64,000 nucleotides of DNA from a bacterium. Its GTDB lineage: Bacteria; UBA8248; JACPRG01; G963555815. Below the pieces are notes generated by a model. That model ran no database searches. It was not told the origin of the DNA and saw nothing but the letters and a program-made list of their open reading frames with translations. Positions within the stretch are counted from its first letter, which is position 1. Each line of letters opens with the position of its first letter. Shown in pieces: positions 29,586-39,894 of the stretch. The position numbers and the translations under genes are program-made. The stretch is from contig CAUVWX020000001.1 in assembly GCA_963555815.3 (NCBI GenBank), positions 128,001 through 192,000 on the forward strand, written 5' to 3'.

Positions 29586-30446
29586 TTAACCCCCGGTTGC
29601 GAAACCCGGGTAGAGGGTCATCCCACCATCCACGAACAGCGTAATTCCGTTCACATAGTCGGCGTCGTCAGAGGCCATCCAGACGGTTGCCCGGCCGATG
29701 TCCTCGGGTTCTCCAATACGCTTGTATGGCACCAAAGTCATAAGAGCGTTATAGGCCTCAGGTGTGCTCCACGCGCTGGCATTGATCGGGGTGCGAATCG
29801 CCCCTGGCCCAATGCTGTTAACCCGGATTCGATAGGGCGCGATCTCCTGAGCGATACTCTTCATCATGAGCATCACCCCGCCCTTGGAAGCGGCGTAGTT
29901 CACGTGGCCGGCCCAGGGAATGACCTCGTGAACTGAACTCATGCAAATGATCTTGCCGGCAGAGCAAGAAACCTCTTTGACCACGCCGCGTCTTTTGAAC
30001 TCGCGGACTGCCTCACGGGCACAGAGAAATTGACCGGTCAGGTTCACACCCAACACCAGGTTCCATTGCTGAAGGGTCATCTCTTCAAAGGGGGCGTCCC
30101 TTTGGAGCCCCGCGTTGTTGATGAGAATATCGATCGTGCCGAACTCCTGAATCATCTGTTTGAACATGGCCCCGACTTGGTCTTCCTGGGAGACATCGGC
30201 CTGATGGGCATAAGCCTGGCTGCCGGAACTGCGGATCTTCTCGACCACTTCCTCTGCCGCCTCCTCGCCGGAGACATAGTTAACGACCACGTCCGCCCCG
30301 GCCTCTCCCAGGGCGATGGCCACTCCCTTGCCGATCCCCGAGCTGGCGCCCGTCACCATGGCTTTTTGGCCTTTCAAGACCTGCCGGATGGGACACATGG
30401 GCATCACGACCTCCGGCAGTCGCTCTCCCCTCGACGAAGCGCTCAT
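29586..30446 (-). CDS. SDR oxidoreductase, glucose 1-dehydrogenase-like
   Basis: TGASSGIG, NNAG, YAASK, VDGGMTLYP. Confidence 0.9.
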   Translation of the reverse strand: MSASSRGERLPEVVMPMCPIRQVLKGQKAMVTGASSGIGKGVAIALGEAGADVVVNYVSGEEAAEEVVEKIRSSGSQAYAHQADVSQEDQVGAMFKQMIQEFGTIDILINNAGLQRDAPFEEMTLQQWNLVLGVNLTGQFLCAREAVREFKRRGVVKEVSCSAGKIICMSSVHEVIPWAGHVNYAASKGGVMLMMKSIAQEIAPYRIRVNSIGPGAIRTPINASAWSTPEAYNALMTLVPYKRIGEPEDIGRATVWMASDDADYVNGITLFVDGGMTLYPGFATGG

Positions 30447-30555
30447 CGGCTGTTCTCCTTAAAGTCGAACGGCTATTTGATCTTCCACCAATCCTTGGCT
30501 CTAAACAGCAGGGCCCGCGCATACTCTACGAGGGGTCTAAGTACTTGTGAAATCC

Positions 30556-31464
30556 TCAGGCCACACGAATGCGGAAGAGTCCGGCCAGGATTTCACCAGG
30601 GGCGAGGACTCGCATTCCAGTCCCCTCCTGCCCGCCCTCGGCGAGGTTGAAAGCATCGTTGCAATTCGTCACCGGCTCAAGGGCAAAGAAGGGCTCACCC
30701 TTGGGTGTGTAAATGACCAGGTGAGAAAAAACCTCCTCGCATTCGACGCGCACCTGTACGCCAGAACCGGGCCAGAGTATGGTTGCGCGCCCGTCCCAGC
30801 CTGCGAAGCAGTGGTCGAGGCCAGGTTCCTCAATTGGGCGAAGGGCGGAGAAGTCCTGGTTCGATGAGACCGGCACCGGGGGCCCTGTGGGAAGAGGGGT
30901 CTCTCCCGGATATGCACCATCCACGCGAGCCTCAAGCTCGACCCCCTCATGGGGCTTGGTCAGCGTACGCCGAAAATAGGGATAAAAGCCAAAACCGGCT
31001 GGCATGTCATGAACGCCCGAGTTCGTCAATTCCAGTCTTGTGTCAAACACCGTACCCGAGAGCCGGTAGCAGAGTTTCGCCCGAAAAGGAAAGGGAAAGG
31101 TGATGTCTGAAAATTCGGCTGAATCGAACGTCAAAGTCAGGGAATCTATTCTCTCTTCGCTTATCTTCCAGGGCCTTTTCCAGGCCTCCCCGTGGATGGC
31201 CGTCCCATCCGGGAAGTTGGGACGGAGCTGAAACTCTTTTCCCCTGAACGTAAAACGGGCGTCGCGGATACGATTCGAATATGGCAAAAGAACGAAGCTG
31301 GCCATGCTGTCTGTGTCGAAGGCCGCCACCGCCTCGGGTGGCGTCGGGCGCATGATGGGAACCCAGACATCGCCCATAGCCATTTCGAAAGTGACGATGC
31401 TCGCTCCGGCCCCCGGGCAGACTTCCAGGCGCAGGCAGTCCGACTCAATTTTCTTTGTCGTCAT
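30556..31464 (-). CDS. Aldose 1-epimerase family protein
   Basis: LPYSNRI, AIHG, LDHCF, FALEPVT. Confidence 0.85.
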   Translation of the reverse strand: MTTKKIESDCLRLEVCPGAGASIVTFEMAMGDVWVPIMRPTPPEAVAAFDTDSMASFVLLPYSNRIRDARFTFRGKEFQLRPNFPDGTAIHGEAWKRPWKISEERIDSLTLTFDSAEFSDITFPFPFRAKLCYRLSGTVFDTRLELTNSGVHDMPAGFGFYPYFRRTLTKPHEGVELEARVDGAYPGETPLPTGPPVPVSSNQDFSALRPIEEPGLDHCFAGWDGRATILWPGSGVQVRVECEEVFSHLVIYTPKGEPFFALEPVTNCNDAFNLAEGGQEGTGMRVLAPGEILAGLFRIRVA

Positions 31465-31495
31465 CCCGCCTACGCTCTATTGACCGGATCCCCGG

Positions 31496-32893
31496 TTACG
31501 ATTTCTTCGAGCCCTTGGGCGGGTAGTACGCTCGCGTCTCCCGGAAAACAAGGAGGCTCAGGCCCAGCAGACCCACCAGGCTCGGGATCGCCATGGCCCC
31601 GTTGGCGGTGTCCGCCAGGGCCCAGATGAACTGGATCCCCGCTAAGTTGGCCGAGAAGAGGGCGCCGATGACGATCATCACGCACCACACCCACCGGAAG
31701 GGAAGGGAGGCACGAATACCGAAGACGTAGTCGGTACACATCAGACCGTAATAGGACCAGGCGAGGAGTGTGCTGTAGCCGAAGGTAACGGAACCAAAGG
31801 CCACAATCCAGCCGCCCAGGGGGCCCAAAACGGTCCCGAAGCCCTCGGCCGTCAGGGCGGTGCTTGTGAGACCGGTCGTCCACACGCCCGTGAGGACGAT
31901 GGCCAGCGTGGTAACGGTGTTCACCACGAGGGTATCGATGAAGACCCCCAGCATGGCGATGGTGCCCTGCCGCGCCGGGTCGCGGGTCTTGGCCGCTCCG
32001 TGGGCCATGGAGGCAGTCCCCAGGCCCGCTTCGTTGGAGAAAATCCCGCGGGCCACGCCGAAGCGGACGACCTGTGCCATGCCTGCGCCAGCGAAGCCAC
32101 CCACCGCCGCATGGCCCGAGAAGGCGCTATCGAAGATCAGCTTGAAGGCGGCCGGCACGTCTACGATGCGGATCAGGATGATCGACACCCCCCCGGCCAG
32201 ATAGATGACGCACATGATGGGAACCAGGAACTCAGCCACGTGTGCGATCCGCTTGACGCCCCCGATGATTACCAGATACGTGAGGAACGCCAGCCCAAGA
32301 CCGGTGACGATTAGGGGAACGCCGAGCTGAGTCTTGAAGACCAGGGCCACCGAGTTGGCCTGGACCATGTTGGCGCTGACCAGGGCCGTCACCACCCCGA
32401 ACACGGCGAACACCATGGCCAACCATTTCATCTTTAAACCGTGCTCCAGGAAGTACATGGGCCCCCCCGCCAGGGTACCGTCCGGCAACCGCTGGCGGTA
32501 CTTCACCCCCAGGACGGCCTCGGCGTACTTGGTGGCCATCCCCACAATGCCTGTGAACCACATCCACAACGGTGCGCCCGGGCCACCCAGGGCGATGGCC
32601 GTCGCCACGCCAGCGATGTTTCCGTTGCCCACCGTGGCCGAGAGGGCTGTCATGAGGGCCTGAAAGGGGGTGATCTCCCCAGGCCCGTACTCGTCCTTAT
32701 CCTTGCGGACGGCGCTCCGGAACGTGAGGCGGCAGGCATGGACGAATTTGCGACCCTGGATGAAACGGGTGCCGAGGGTGAACCAGAGGCCGGCCCCGAC
32801 GAGGAGGAACATCACAGGTCCGGGGATAGCACCGAACCACGGCCCCCAGAGAAAAGAATTGATTGCGTGAGGGATTGCAAAGAGGGTTTCCAC
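31496..32893 (-). CDS. Sodium:alanine/glycine symporter (AGCS family)
   Basis: ATVGNGNIAGVA, GGPGA, GGPMY, RGIFSNEAGLG. Confidence 0.92.
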   Translation of the reverse strand: METLFAIPHAINSFLWGPWFGAIPGPVMFLLVGAGLWFTLGTRFIQGRKFVHACRLTFRSAVRKDKDEYGPGEITPFQALMTALSATVGNGNIAGVATAIALGGPGAPLWMWFTGIVGMATKYAEAVLGVKYRQRLPDGTLAGGPMYFLEHGLKMKWLAMVFAVFGVVTALVSANMVQANSVALVFKTQLGVPLIVTGLGLAFLTYLVIIGGVKRIAHVAEFLVPIMCVIYLAGGVSIILIRIVDVPAAFKLIFDSAFSGHAAVGGFAGAGMAQVVRFGVARGIFSNEAGLGTASMAHGAAKTRDPARQGTIAMLGVFIDTLVVNTVTTLAIVLTGVWTTGLTSTALTAEGFGTVLGPLGGWIVAFGSVTFGYSTLLAWSYYGLMCTDYVFGIRASLPFRWVWCVMIVIGALFSANLAGIQFIWALADTANGAMAIPSLVGLLGLSLLVFRETRAYYPPKGSKKS

Positions 32894-32919
32894 GGCTCGT
32901 CCTTATCCTGAAGGTGAAC

Positions 32920-32970
32920 AAAAGAGATGCACGCCGCCTTTTCCCACGCCTTGGGGGGCAGAGTGCATCT
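32920..32970 (-). terminator. Possible intrinsic terminator after the dienelactone hydrolase gene
   Basis: AGATGCAC..GTGCATCT stem followed by CTTTT on the minus strand. Confidence 0.4.
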
Positions 32971-32997
32971 GACCCGGAAGTCTCAGAGACAAGCCCT

Positions 32998-33861
32998 CTA
33001 TCCTTTGAAATGTTCTCCAAAGAATGTGAGAGTCCTCGCCCAGGCATCCTTCGCCGCCTCGGCGTTATAGCGGGCGGGACTCGTGTCGTTGTGGAAGGCG
33101 TGCTCAGTGTCGGGATAAACCTTGACCGTGTATTGCTTCCCCGCCCGGTCCAACGCGGCCGTCAGCCGAGGCACCCGCGGCGTGATGGGGGTGTCGTTTC
33201 CGGCGTAAAGGAGGAGGAGAGAGGCGGCGATCTTCGGCACATCCTTAAGCGGGGGGTTCGGCCCGTAGAAGACGACGGCCGCGTTGAGTTCGGGCGAGGC
33301 GGTGGCAAGGCGGAGACTCATCCCGCCACCCCAGCAGAAACCCACGGCCCCGACCTGGCCAGCCGCCACCAAGGAGGACCCGCGCAGGAAGTCAACAGCG
33401 CCCGTCAGGTCTGTCACAACGTTTGCACGAGTTAGGCGTCCGATGGCCCGGATAGCGTCTATTTGCACGGGCGGCGTCCCCCCCTTTCGAGAGAGGAGAT
33501 CGGGGGCCAGGGCGTGGTAGCCCGCCAAACCCGCTCGCCGCGTCACATCCCGAATATGCTCATTGAGGCCGCGGTTTTCATGAATGACCACCACACCGGG
33601 GAGAGAACCCGCCCCCTTGGGCCGGGCCTGATAGGCGCGAACCTCACCCAGAGCGCTTCGGTACCGGACCGTGGCCGTCTCAAGTCGTGGATCGTCTGCG
33701 GGAACCACCGCCGCCATCGCCTCGTCCCCCTCCAGGAGCGGAAGAAGGGCCATGGCCGCCGCGGTCCCGCCGGCCAGCTCCGCCAGACGCTCGAGGAACA
33801 TTCGGCGGGGAATGGGCTTGTGGCGATATTGGTGGAACAGATCGAGAATTTCCCTATCCAT
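32998..33861 (-). CDS. Dienelactone hydrolase family protein (Tat-like RR leader)
   Basis: HENRGLN, GFCWGG, HAFHND. Confidence 0.9.
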   Translation of the reverse strand: MDREILDLFHQYRHKPIPRRMFLERLAELAGGTAAAMALLPLLEGDEAMAAVVPADDPRLETATVRYRSALGEVRAYQARPKGAGSLPGVVVIHENRGLNEHIRDVTRRAGLAGYHALAPDLLSRKGGTPPVQIDAIRAIGRLTRANVVTDLTGAVDFLRGSSLVAAGQVGAVGFCWGGGMSLRLATASPELNAAVVFYGPNPPLKDVPKIAASLLLLYAGNDTPITPRVPRLTAALDRAGKQYTVKVYPDTEHAFHNDTSPARYNAEAAKDAWARTLTFFGEHFKG

Positions 33862-34079
33862 GTGAGCTCCCTCTTACAACGACTGACCAGGAACGATCAG
33901 CGGTTTCTCTGACCGGAATTCCGGGACGACTGCTGTCCAGTCAAGCGGCCCTTTTTGGTCACGGCAAAGATACTCAATTTCGGCCACAGATTCGGGATTT
34001 TTTTTCGGGGTCTTCCTCCCCACGGTCACCGCCGGGCTTTTGCCCTCTGAACAGGCCAAGACCCTTTCTTGCTCTGCTC

Positions 34080-35294
34080 TTAAAAAAAAATCGACAGCCG
34101 AATTTGGATAAAGTCGTCGTCTCTCAGGCCGAACACGATGTCGGATTGCGGCACGTTGAAGAGGACGCGCGACTCCACCTCGATTTTCCAGTTTTCACCG
34201 ATGCGTCGTTCCACCTCAACGCTGAAGAAGCTTGACTGGCTGTCTCGGTCCATAATGGCGCCGGCGAGCACCTCTGTACTCTGCACGTCGTTCAGCGCCA
34301 GCCTCATCCCCATGAAGATATCGTCGTCAAAGGGTGTCTCGGGAGCATCGTCTCCGCGGTCGTCATAGAGATACTCGGCAATCACCCCCAGATCGGCGGC
34401 GGTGGCGAAAATGCCGAAAAAACTGTACTCGAACCCGGCCGCCAGGGCCCCAAAACGATCTCCTTGCCCTCCTCGGACGAGCCCTTCGAACTTCCATAGC
34501 CAGCTTCCTCTCGTCCACTGAACGTCGAGGCCCGTCTGGTCAATGATATCGTAATGGGGGATGAGAACGGGCTGGCCTTTGGAACCACTGCCGGGCACGA
34601 GACGCGGCTCCCGGCCCGTTCCATAGAACTCGTAGAGGCCAATATCCCAGTCGCCGATGATATGGGACCACCGCACAGCGAAGTCGATGCGGGGGCCATC
34701 TGTTCGGTCTACGAAGACCGCCTTGTCCGTTGCCACCGGCAACGGGCCCCGGAGACGGGTGTCATCGTCGGGAAACGTGCGCTCTCGGAAGACCGGCAAA
34801 AGCAAAAAACCCAGCGTGCCAAAATCCTGGAAAAGATTCACGTTGACCATGGGCTGGCCAAGTTTGTCCTCCTCGTCCAGGTCTTCCACACCGTCAGTCT
34901 GATTGATGATGTCTACCAGATGGCGGGACTCGGTGACGCCCCAAAACACCTTGCCGAAACCAAGCAGCAGATCCCAGACTCCGCCGTCATGGAACCAGTT
35001 GAGCTCACGCGGATCAAAGTGAGTGCGCTCGTCGTCGTTGGCATCGAGACGGGCAAAAGGAATAAAGATTAGACGGTCGTCGCCCTGATTCCACTCGTAG
35101 CGAAACTCGGGCTGTAACACAAGGGAGGGAGAGAAACTGCTCGCCTGCTGGTCTGAAAACGCGGGATCGTTCGGAAAGATCCGCAACTCTGCCGCCACGA
35201 AGCCCGAAAAGTCGAACTCCCCTGCCCTGCCCGCCGAGGCCCATGCAGCGATCGAAACACACAATACCGCCAGCGCAAGCCATCGGCGGTTCAT
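34080..35294 (-). CDS. Outer-membrane beta-barrel hypothetical protein of an MMPL module
   Basis: Signal peptide, FWGVTESRHLVDIINQ, terminal F. Confidence 0.75.
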   Translation of the reverse strand: MNRRWLALAVLCVSIAAWASAGRAGEFDFSGFVAAELRIFPNDPAFSDQQASSFSPSLVLQPEFRYEWNQGDDRLIFIPFARLDANDDERTHFDPRELNWFHDGGVWDLLLGFGKVFWGVTESRHLVDIINQTDGVEDLDEEDKLGQPMVNVNLFQDFGTLGFLLLPVFRERTFPDDDTRLRGPLPVATDKAVFVDRTDGPRIDFAVRWSHIIGDWDIGLYEFYGTGREPRLVPGSGSKGQPVLIPHYDIIDQTGLDVQWTRGSWLWKFEGLVRGGQGDRFGALAAGFEYSFFGIFATAADLGVIAEYLYDDRGDDAPETPFDDDIFMGMRLALNDVQSTEVLAGAIMDRDSQSSFFSVEVERRIGENWKIEVESRVLFNVPQSDIVFGLRDDDFIQIRLSIFF

Positions 35295-35295
35295 G

Positions 35296-36132
35296 TCATC
35301 GGAGGCGCTTCAGGCGATTGGGGCGGAAATCACCCTCGCTGAGCGGGACCTGAAACTCATACTTGTCAAAGAGGAGATCCGTGCTCTTGCCCGTCTGGTG
35401 ATTGTTCATTAAGAGCTTGTGGGCCCGCCAGTATTGCCCGAGATATTGCTGGTAATCGACAAAGTTCAGCGTTTTCAGCAAATCGTCCTTTCTGTCGTAA
35501 TACTCAATCTTCATCACCCGGTATTCATCCTGGTCCACCCAGGTGATTTGTTTCATATAACCCGAATTCTCGTAAACCGGGTAACGCTCCATCACGAAAC
35601 ACTGAAGGTCCCCACAAGGTTCGTCGCGCAGCCAGCGATAGCTGTATTTGGCCACCTCTTGCGAGAGCAAGTCCTCGTAGGCGAATTCGCTTCCCACGAA
35701 AGGCCCCGATTTGTTGGCTGAAGAGATGCGCTTCACCCGTTTCAGTGCCGGGAGAAAAAGCCACTGGTCGTCGGCCTCTGCGATATGAGTGAAGCTCAGG
35801 AGGGCTGTTCCCTCGATGTCGCGTGGGCGATTGAAAATCACAATGCTTTTGTCGCCCTCGTTCACGTCCGGCACCTCCAAGGTTTGAATGCGCATCTCGC
35901 GGTTGCTGGTGTCGCCGTGCCGGTTCCTCAACACCATCATCAGATCCACCTCGCTGTTGAGGAACCCCAGATCGCGCCGATCAGCCTCTTGAGCGATAGT
36001 GAGCCCTTTCTCTTCGGGCGTTTCGGCCCAACTGGCCGTCGGCGCCAAAAGCAAGGCGGCGAGCACACTGACAAGCGCAAAATGCACCATCAGAGACCTA
36101 CTACACCGTTGCGGTAACCCCCTTCGGCTCAT
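35296..36132 (-). CDS. Outer-membrane lipoprotein-sorting (LolA-like) protein
   Basis: DDQWLFLPALKRVKRIS..KSGPFVGSEFAYEDL. Confidence 0.85.
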   Translation of the reverse strand: MSRRGLPQRCSRSLMVHFALVSVLAALLLAPTASWAETPEEKGLTIAQEADRRDLGFLNSEVDLMMVLRNRHGDTSNREMRIQTLEVPDVNEGDKSIVIFNRPRDIEGTALLSFTHIAEADDQWLFLPALKRVKRISSANKSGPFVGSEFAYEDLLSQEVAKYSYRWLRDEPCGDLQCFVMERYPVYENSGYMKQITWVDQDEYRVMKIEYYDRKDDLLKTLNFVDYQQYLGQYWRAHKLLMNNHQTGKSTDLLFDKYEFQVPLSEGDFRPNRLKRLR

Positions 36133-38464
36133 CTCCGGCTTTCTCCTTTTTCCTATCGACCGCCATGAGCAGCGCTGGCAGGAGCAAAAAGTCCGCGACC
36201 AAGGCCATGAAAATGGCCGTCGCGGTCATCAGGCCCAAACTTTCATTGAACTCGAAGGCAGAGAACGACAGCAGACCGAAGCCCACGATAAGAATGGCCG
36301 ACGTCACCCAGAGCGCTGTTCCCACCGTTGAGAAGGCATAGCGCACCGCGTCCTGCGGGCTTGCATCCTGTTCCCGCCGGGCCCGGAGGTACTTGCTCAG
36401 AAAGTGAACGGTGTCGTCCACGATAATGCCCAAGCTGGTCGCGGCCACGACTGAAGAGGCGACGCCGATCTCACCGACAAAGATCGCCCAGACGCCGAAC
36501 GTCATGAGGGCAGGAATAATATTGGGAATCAGGCTGAAGAGTCCCAGCCGGATATTCCGCAGGGCCACCGTGAGAGATAGAGAGATCAGGAAGAAAGCCA
36601 GGGCTGTGCCGGCCAGCATACTTTTGATGTTGCGCTCGGAAATATAGGAGAACATGACGAACGTACTGGTCGCTTCGTCGTCTTTGGCCGTTGAAAAATT
36701 AGTGGCCAGCCATCGTTCCGCCCGTGTCTTGAGGAGGCGCCCGTCAAGCGTCTTCACGTTTTCCAGCGTGGCGATCAGACGGACCGCCGACTTGTCCACG
36801 TTGATCTGGTTGTTGAGGTCGAGCCCATAGGGCAGGGACATCTCGAAGAGGAGAAGATACTGCGCTGCGAGCTCCCGTTCCTCCGGCAGGCGGTAAAAGG
36901 CGTGGTCGTCGCTGTGCATGTTCTTGTTCAGCCGCTGCATGATGTCCGTGAGGATCTGCACGTGAACCACACCGGGCTGCTCGCGGAGCCAGTGGGTGAA
37001 GGCTTGAACCCTCTTCAGGTAATCCGGCTCGCTGATGCCACCCGCCTCTCCCGCACTCAGCGAAAATTGCATCGTGTAGATCCCCGACAGGTTCTCCATC
37101 GCAAAATCCGTATCCACACGGAAGGGAATGCTCCGATCGAAGTAGTTGATGAACTGGTCATTTAACTGGATCCGGGGGATCAAGACCGCCAGCCCGATAA
37201 CCGAGGCTGTCATAGCCCAAAGAAGCGCCCGGCGGCGGGCAATGACGAATTCGGCCAACCGCTCCATCCCGGCCCTTTTTCCTGCCGGCCGAGGCTTGAT
37301 TCGCACCGGCAGGACACTCATCAAGGCCGGCAGGGTAAAAATCGAATAGCCCCATGCGCCCACCACGCCCATGGCGGTGATGTTGCCCAGATCGCGAAAC
37401 GGGGGCGCATCGCTGAAATTCAAGCTTAGGAAGCCGATAAAGGTCGTCAGGCTCGTCAGAAAGACCGGATGGAAATTAATGCGGAGGCTCTCGACGAGGG
37501 CCTCACGCTTTCCGGCACCCCGCCGCATCTCCTGGAACATAGTGATGAGAATATGCACACTGTCGGCAATGGCCAGGGTCAAGATGATCGTGGGCGCGAT
37601 CGCAGAGGGCGGCGTGATCCGAATGCCGAGCCAGCCGGCCAGCCCCATCGCAGTCGCCGCAGACAACCCAATCACGGCGACGGTCGCCAGCGTCCCGCTG
37701 ACCGAGCGAAGAAGAATAATCATGGTCAGGATGAGGACGCCGTACATGATCGGCACCAAAGTGCCGAGGTCATTGAGACTGGCTTCGGTAAACGCGTTAT
37801 TTAAGGCCGCAACGCCGGTCACAGCGACTCGGATGTCCGGGTGTTCGGCGCGGAACTCGTCCACCAGCCCCCGGGCAAAGGCCATCACCCTCGGGACTTC
37901 ATCCTCGCTTTCCTGCGGCATCGTCAAATTGACATTGACGGCGGTTGTCGAGGCATCTGGCGAGATCAGACGATCGAGAAGCAGGGGTTCTGAGAGCGAA
38001 ACCTCTCGGGCACGAGAGAGATCTTCCGGTGTGATGAGGGCGGTCTTGGGTACTAGATCTTCGACCGTTAGATCATCGCCGCTCGCAAAGCTGTATTGAA
38101 AGTTCGTGATGGAGTCGACGCGGGTCGAAAAGGGTATTTGCCAGCTGGCCTCCGTGAGGTCGCGCACAGCGGAGAGCACTTCGGGCCTAAAAACGTCGCC
38201 CTCTCGGGGTTTCAACACGAACAGGATGTTGTCATCCTTCGTGTAAATATCCTGGATCTCTTCAAAAGCGTTTAACTGCGGATTATCTTTGCTGAAAAAG
38301 ACTCGGTAGTCGGTGGAGAAACCAATGAATCGTACACCACTGCCCGCCGCAACAACCGCCAGAAGTGATAGAAAGAGGACGGTCCACCGCCAGCGGATGA
38401 CCCAATTCGTGTAGGCCGTCACGCGGGTTCCTTTGGAACGCTGGCTTGATCCCTGTGCACTCAT
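36101..38464 (-). CDS. MMPL/RND family transporter
   Basis: Two repeats with AIADSVH and GIIVDDTVH; about 12 TM segments. Confidence 0.9.
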   Translation of the reverse strand: MSAQGSSQRSKGTRVTAYTNWVIRWRWTVLFLSLLAVVAAGSGVRFIGFSTDYRVFFSKDNPQLNAFEEIQDIYTKDDNILFVLKPREGDVFRPEVLSAVRDLTEASWQIPFSTRVDSITNFQYSFASGDDLTVEDLVPKTALITPEDLSRAREVSLSEPLLLDRLISPDASTTAVNVNLTMPQESEDEVPRVMAFARGLVDEFRAEHPDIRVAVTGVAALNNAFTEASLNDLGTLVPIMYGVLILTMIILLRSVSGTLATVAVIGLSAATAMGLAGWLGIRITPPSAIAPTIILTLAIADSVHILITMFQEMRRGAGKREALVESLRINFHPVFLTSLTTFIGFLSLNFSDAPPFRDLGNITAMGVVGAWGYSIFTLPALMSVLPVRIKPRPAGKRAGMERLAEFVIARRRALLWAMTASVIGLAVLIPRIQLNDQFINYFDRSIPFRVDTDFAMENLSGIYTMQFSLSAGEAGGISEPDYLKRVQAFTHWLREQPGVVHVQILTDIMQRLNKNMHSDDHAFYRLPEERELAAQYLLLFEMSLPYGLDLNNQINVDKSAVRLIATLENVKTLDGRLLKTRAERWLATNFSTAKDDEATSTFVMFSYISERNIKSMLAGTALAFFLISLSLTVALRNIRLGLFSLIPNIIPALMTFGVWAIFVGEIGVASSVVAATSLGIIVDDTVHFLSKYLRARREQDASPQDAVRYAFSTVGTALWVTSAILIVGFGLLSFSAFEFNESLGLMTATAIFMALVADFLLLPALLMAVDRKKEKAGDEPKGVTATV

Positions 38465-38739
38465 AAAAATTCGCCAGATTTTGAAGTGTTAGTCCCTGGT
38501 GCTTTCATCTTAAAAATTAAAAAGAGCGGGGTCACGCAAACCCCTTAGTTGTCAGAATCAAATTCCGCATGGAGCATACCATAGCGTGATTATACACGTA
38601 ATAGAAGTTTCAACGGGCGACCTCCGGCTTGAACTATCCTGGGAATACCCTCAAAATACGAGTCGGAAACCCGAGGGGTCGGGGTCACGCCGCTCCCCCA
38701 CCTCGGTTTCGGTCTTTCTCTTCTTTTGGAGCCGTCTTT

Positions 38740-39894
38740 GTGGCCGAGGTTTCTCTTGAAGGTCTCATCAAGCATTTCGATCGGACCGAGGCGGTCCGTT
38801 CGCTCGATCTGCGGGTTGCCGACTGGGAGTTTTTGGTTCTTGTCGGACCCTCCGGATGCGGGAAGACCACGGTCCTGCGCCTCATCGCGGGGCTCGAGAC
38901 GCCGACCGCCGGCCGCATCTTCATCGGGGGTCAGTCGGTTGAGAACCTCCCCGCCCGCAAGCGGGACATTGCCATGGTCTTTCAGAACTACGCCCTCTAC
39001 CCTCACATGAATGTGTATCGAAACATGGCCTTTGGGCTGGAGCAGCGGGGGGCGCCCGAGGCGGAGACCCGTCGGCGAGTCCACGAGGCGGCCCGCATGC
39101 TGGGGATTGCAGAGTGCTTGAACCGCAAGCCCCGCCAGCTCTCCGGGGGGCAGCGCCAGCGTGTGGCCCTGGGCCGGGCCATCGTGCGCAAGCCTTCTGT
39201 CTTCCTCTTTGACGAGCCCCTGAGCAACCTGGACGCCAAGCTGCGGGTGAAAATGCGAGGGGAGCTGGTCAAGCTGCACCGTCGGCTGGAGGCCACCATC
39301 GTTTACGTCACCCATGATCAGGTGGAAGCGATGACGATGGGCCAGCGGATCGCGGTCATGAACGAGGGGCGCCTGCTCCAGGTCGGGACCCCCAGGGAGG
39401 TCTATCATCGTCCGGCCAACCTGTTCGTGGCTGGCTTCATCGGCAGCCCGTCGATGAACTTTCTCAACGCCTCCCTGGAAACCGCGGGAGAGGGAGTGAC
39501 GCTGAGGGTCGATAGGTCAGAGATCACTTTGCCGGACGACGGCCGACCTTGGGCGGACACCACGCCCGGTTCGGTCGTCCTCGGTGTCCGTCCGGAGGAT
39601 GTTCAGGTACTGCCGGTTTCGCCAAAAGCGTCCGGAGGGGGGGCTCTATCGGGCAAGATCGAGGTGGTCGAACATCTCGGTGCCGAGACCTATCTGGAGC
39701 TGAACGCCGGGAAACATCAGATCACAGCCAGGGTAAACGCTTCCCAGGTTTGGGAGATCGGTCAGCAGGTCACCCTGCAGATGGACCCCGCCTCAATTCG
39801 CCTCTTCGACCCGAAGACGGAGGAGGCCCTCCCGGGCCGTCACCTCCACGAAGCTCCCATGGCCGCCGGGCCCCGGCAAGAGACTGGGACATGA
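38740..39894 (+). CDS. Carbohydrate ABC transporter ATPase (MalK/UgpC-like)
   Basis: GPSGCGKT, FQNYALYPH, LSGGQRQR, TOBE-like tail. Confidence 0.92.
   Translation: MAEVSLEGLIKHFDRTEAVRSLDLRVADWEFLVLVGPSGCGKTTVLRLIAGLETPTAGRIFIGGQSVENLPARKRDIAMVFQNYALYPHMNVYRNMAFGLEQRGAPEAETRRRVHEAARMLGIAECLNRKPRQLSGGQRQRVALGRAIVRKPSVFLFDEPLSNLDAKLRVKMRGELVKLHRRLEATIVYVTHDQVEAMTMGQRIAVMNEGRLLQVGTPREVYHRPANLFVAGFIGSPSMNFLNASLETAGEGVTLRVDRSEITLPDDGRPWADTTPGSVVLGVRPEDVQVLPVSPKASGGGALSGKIEVVEHLGAETYLELNAGKHQITARVNASQVWEIGQQVTLQMDPASIRLFDPKTEEALPGRHLHEAPMAAGPRQETGT

Noticed and set aside
32894..32997. Glycine riboswitch before the AGCS symporter
   Set aside because: No GGAGA..CCGAAG..CTCTCAGG aptamer pattern; only a terminator-like hairpin.
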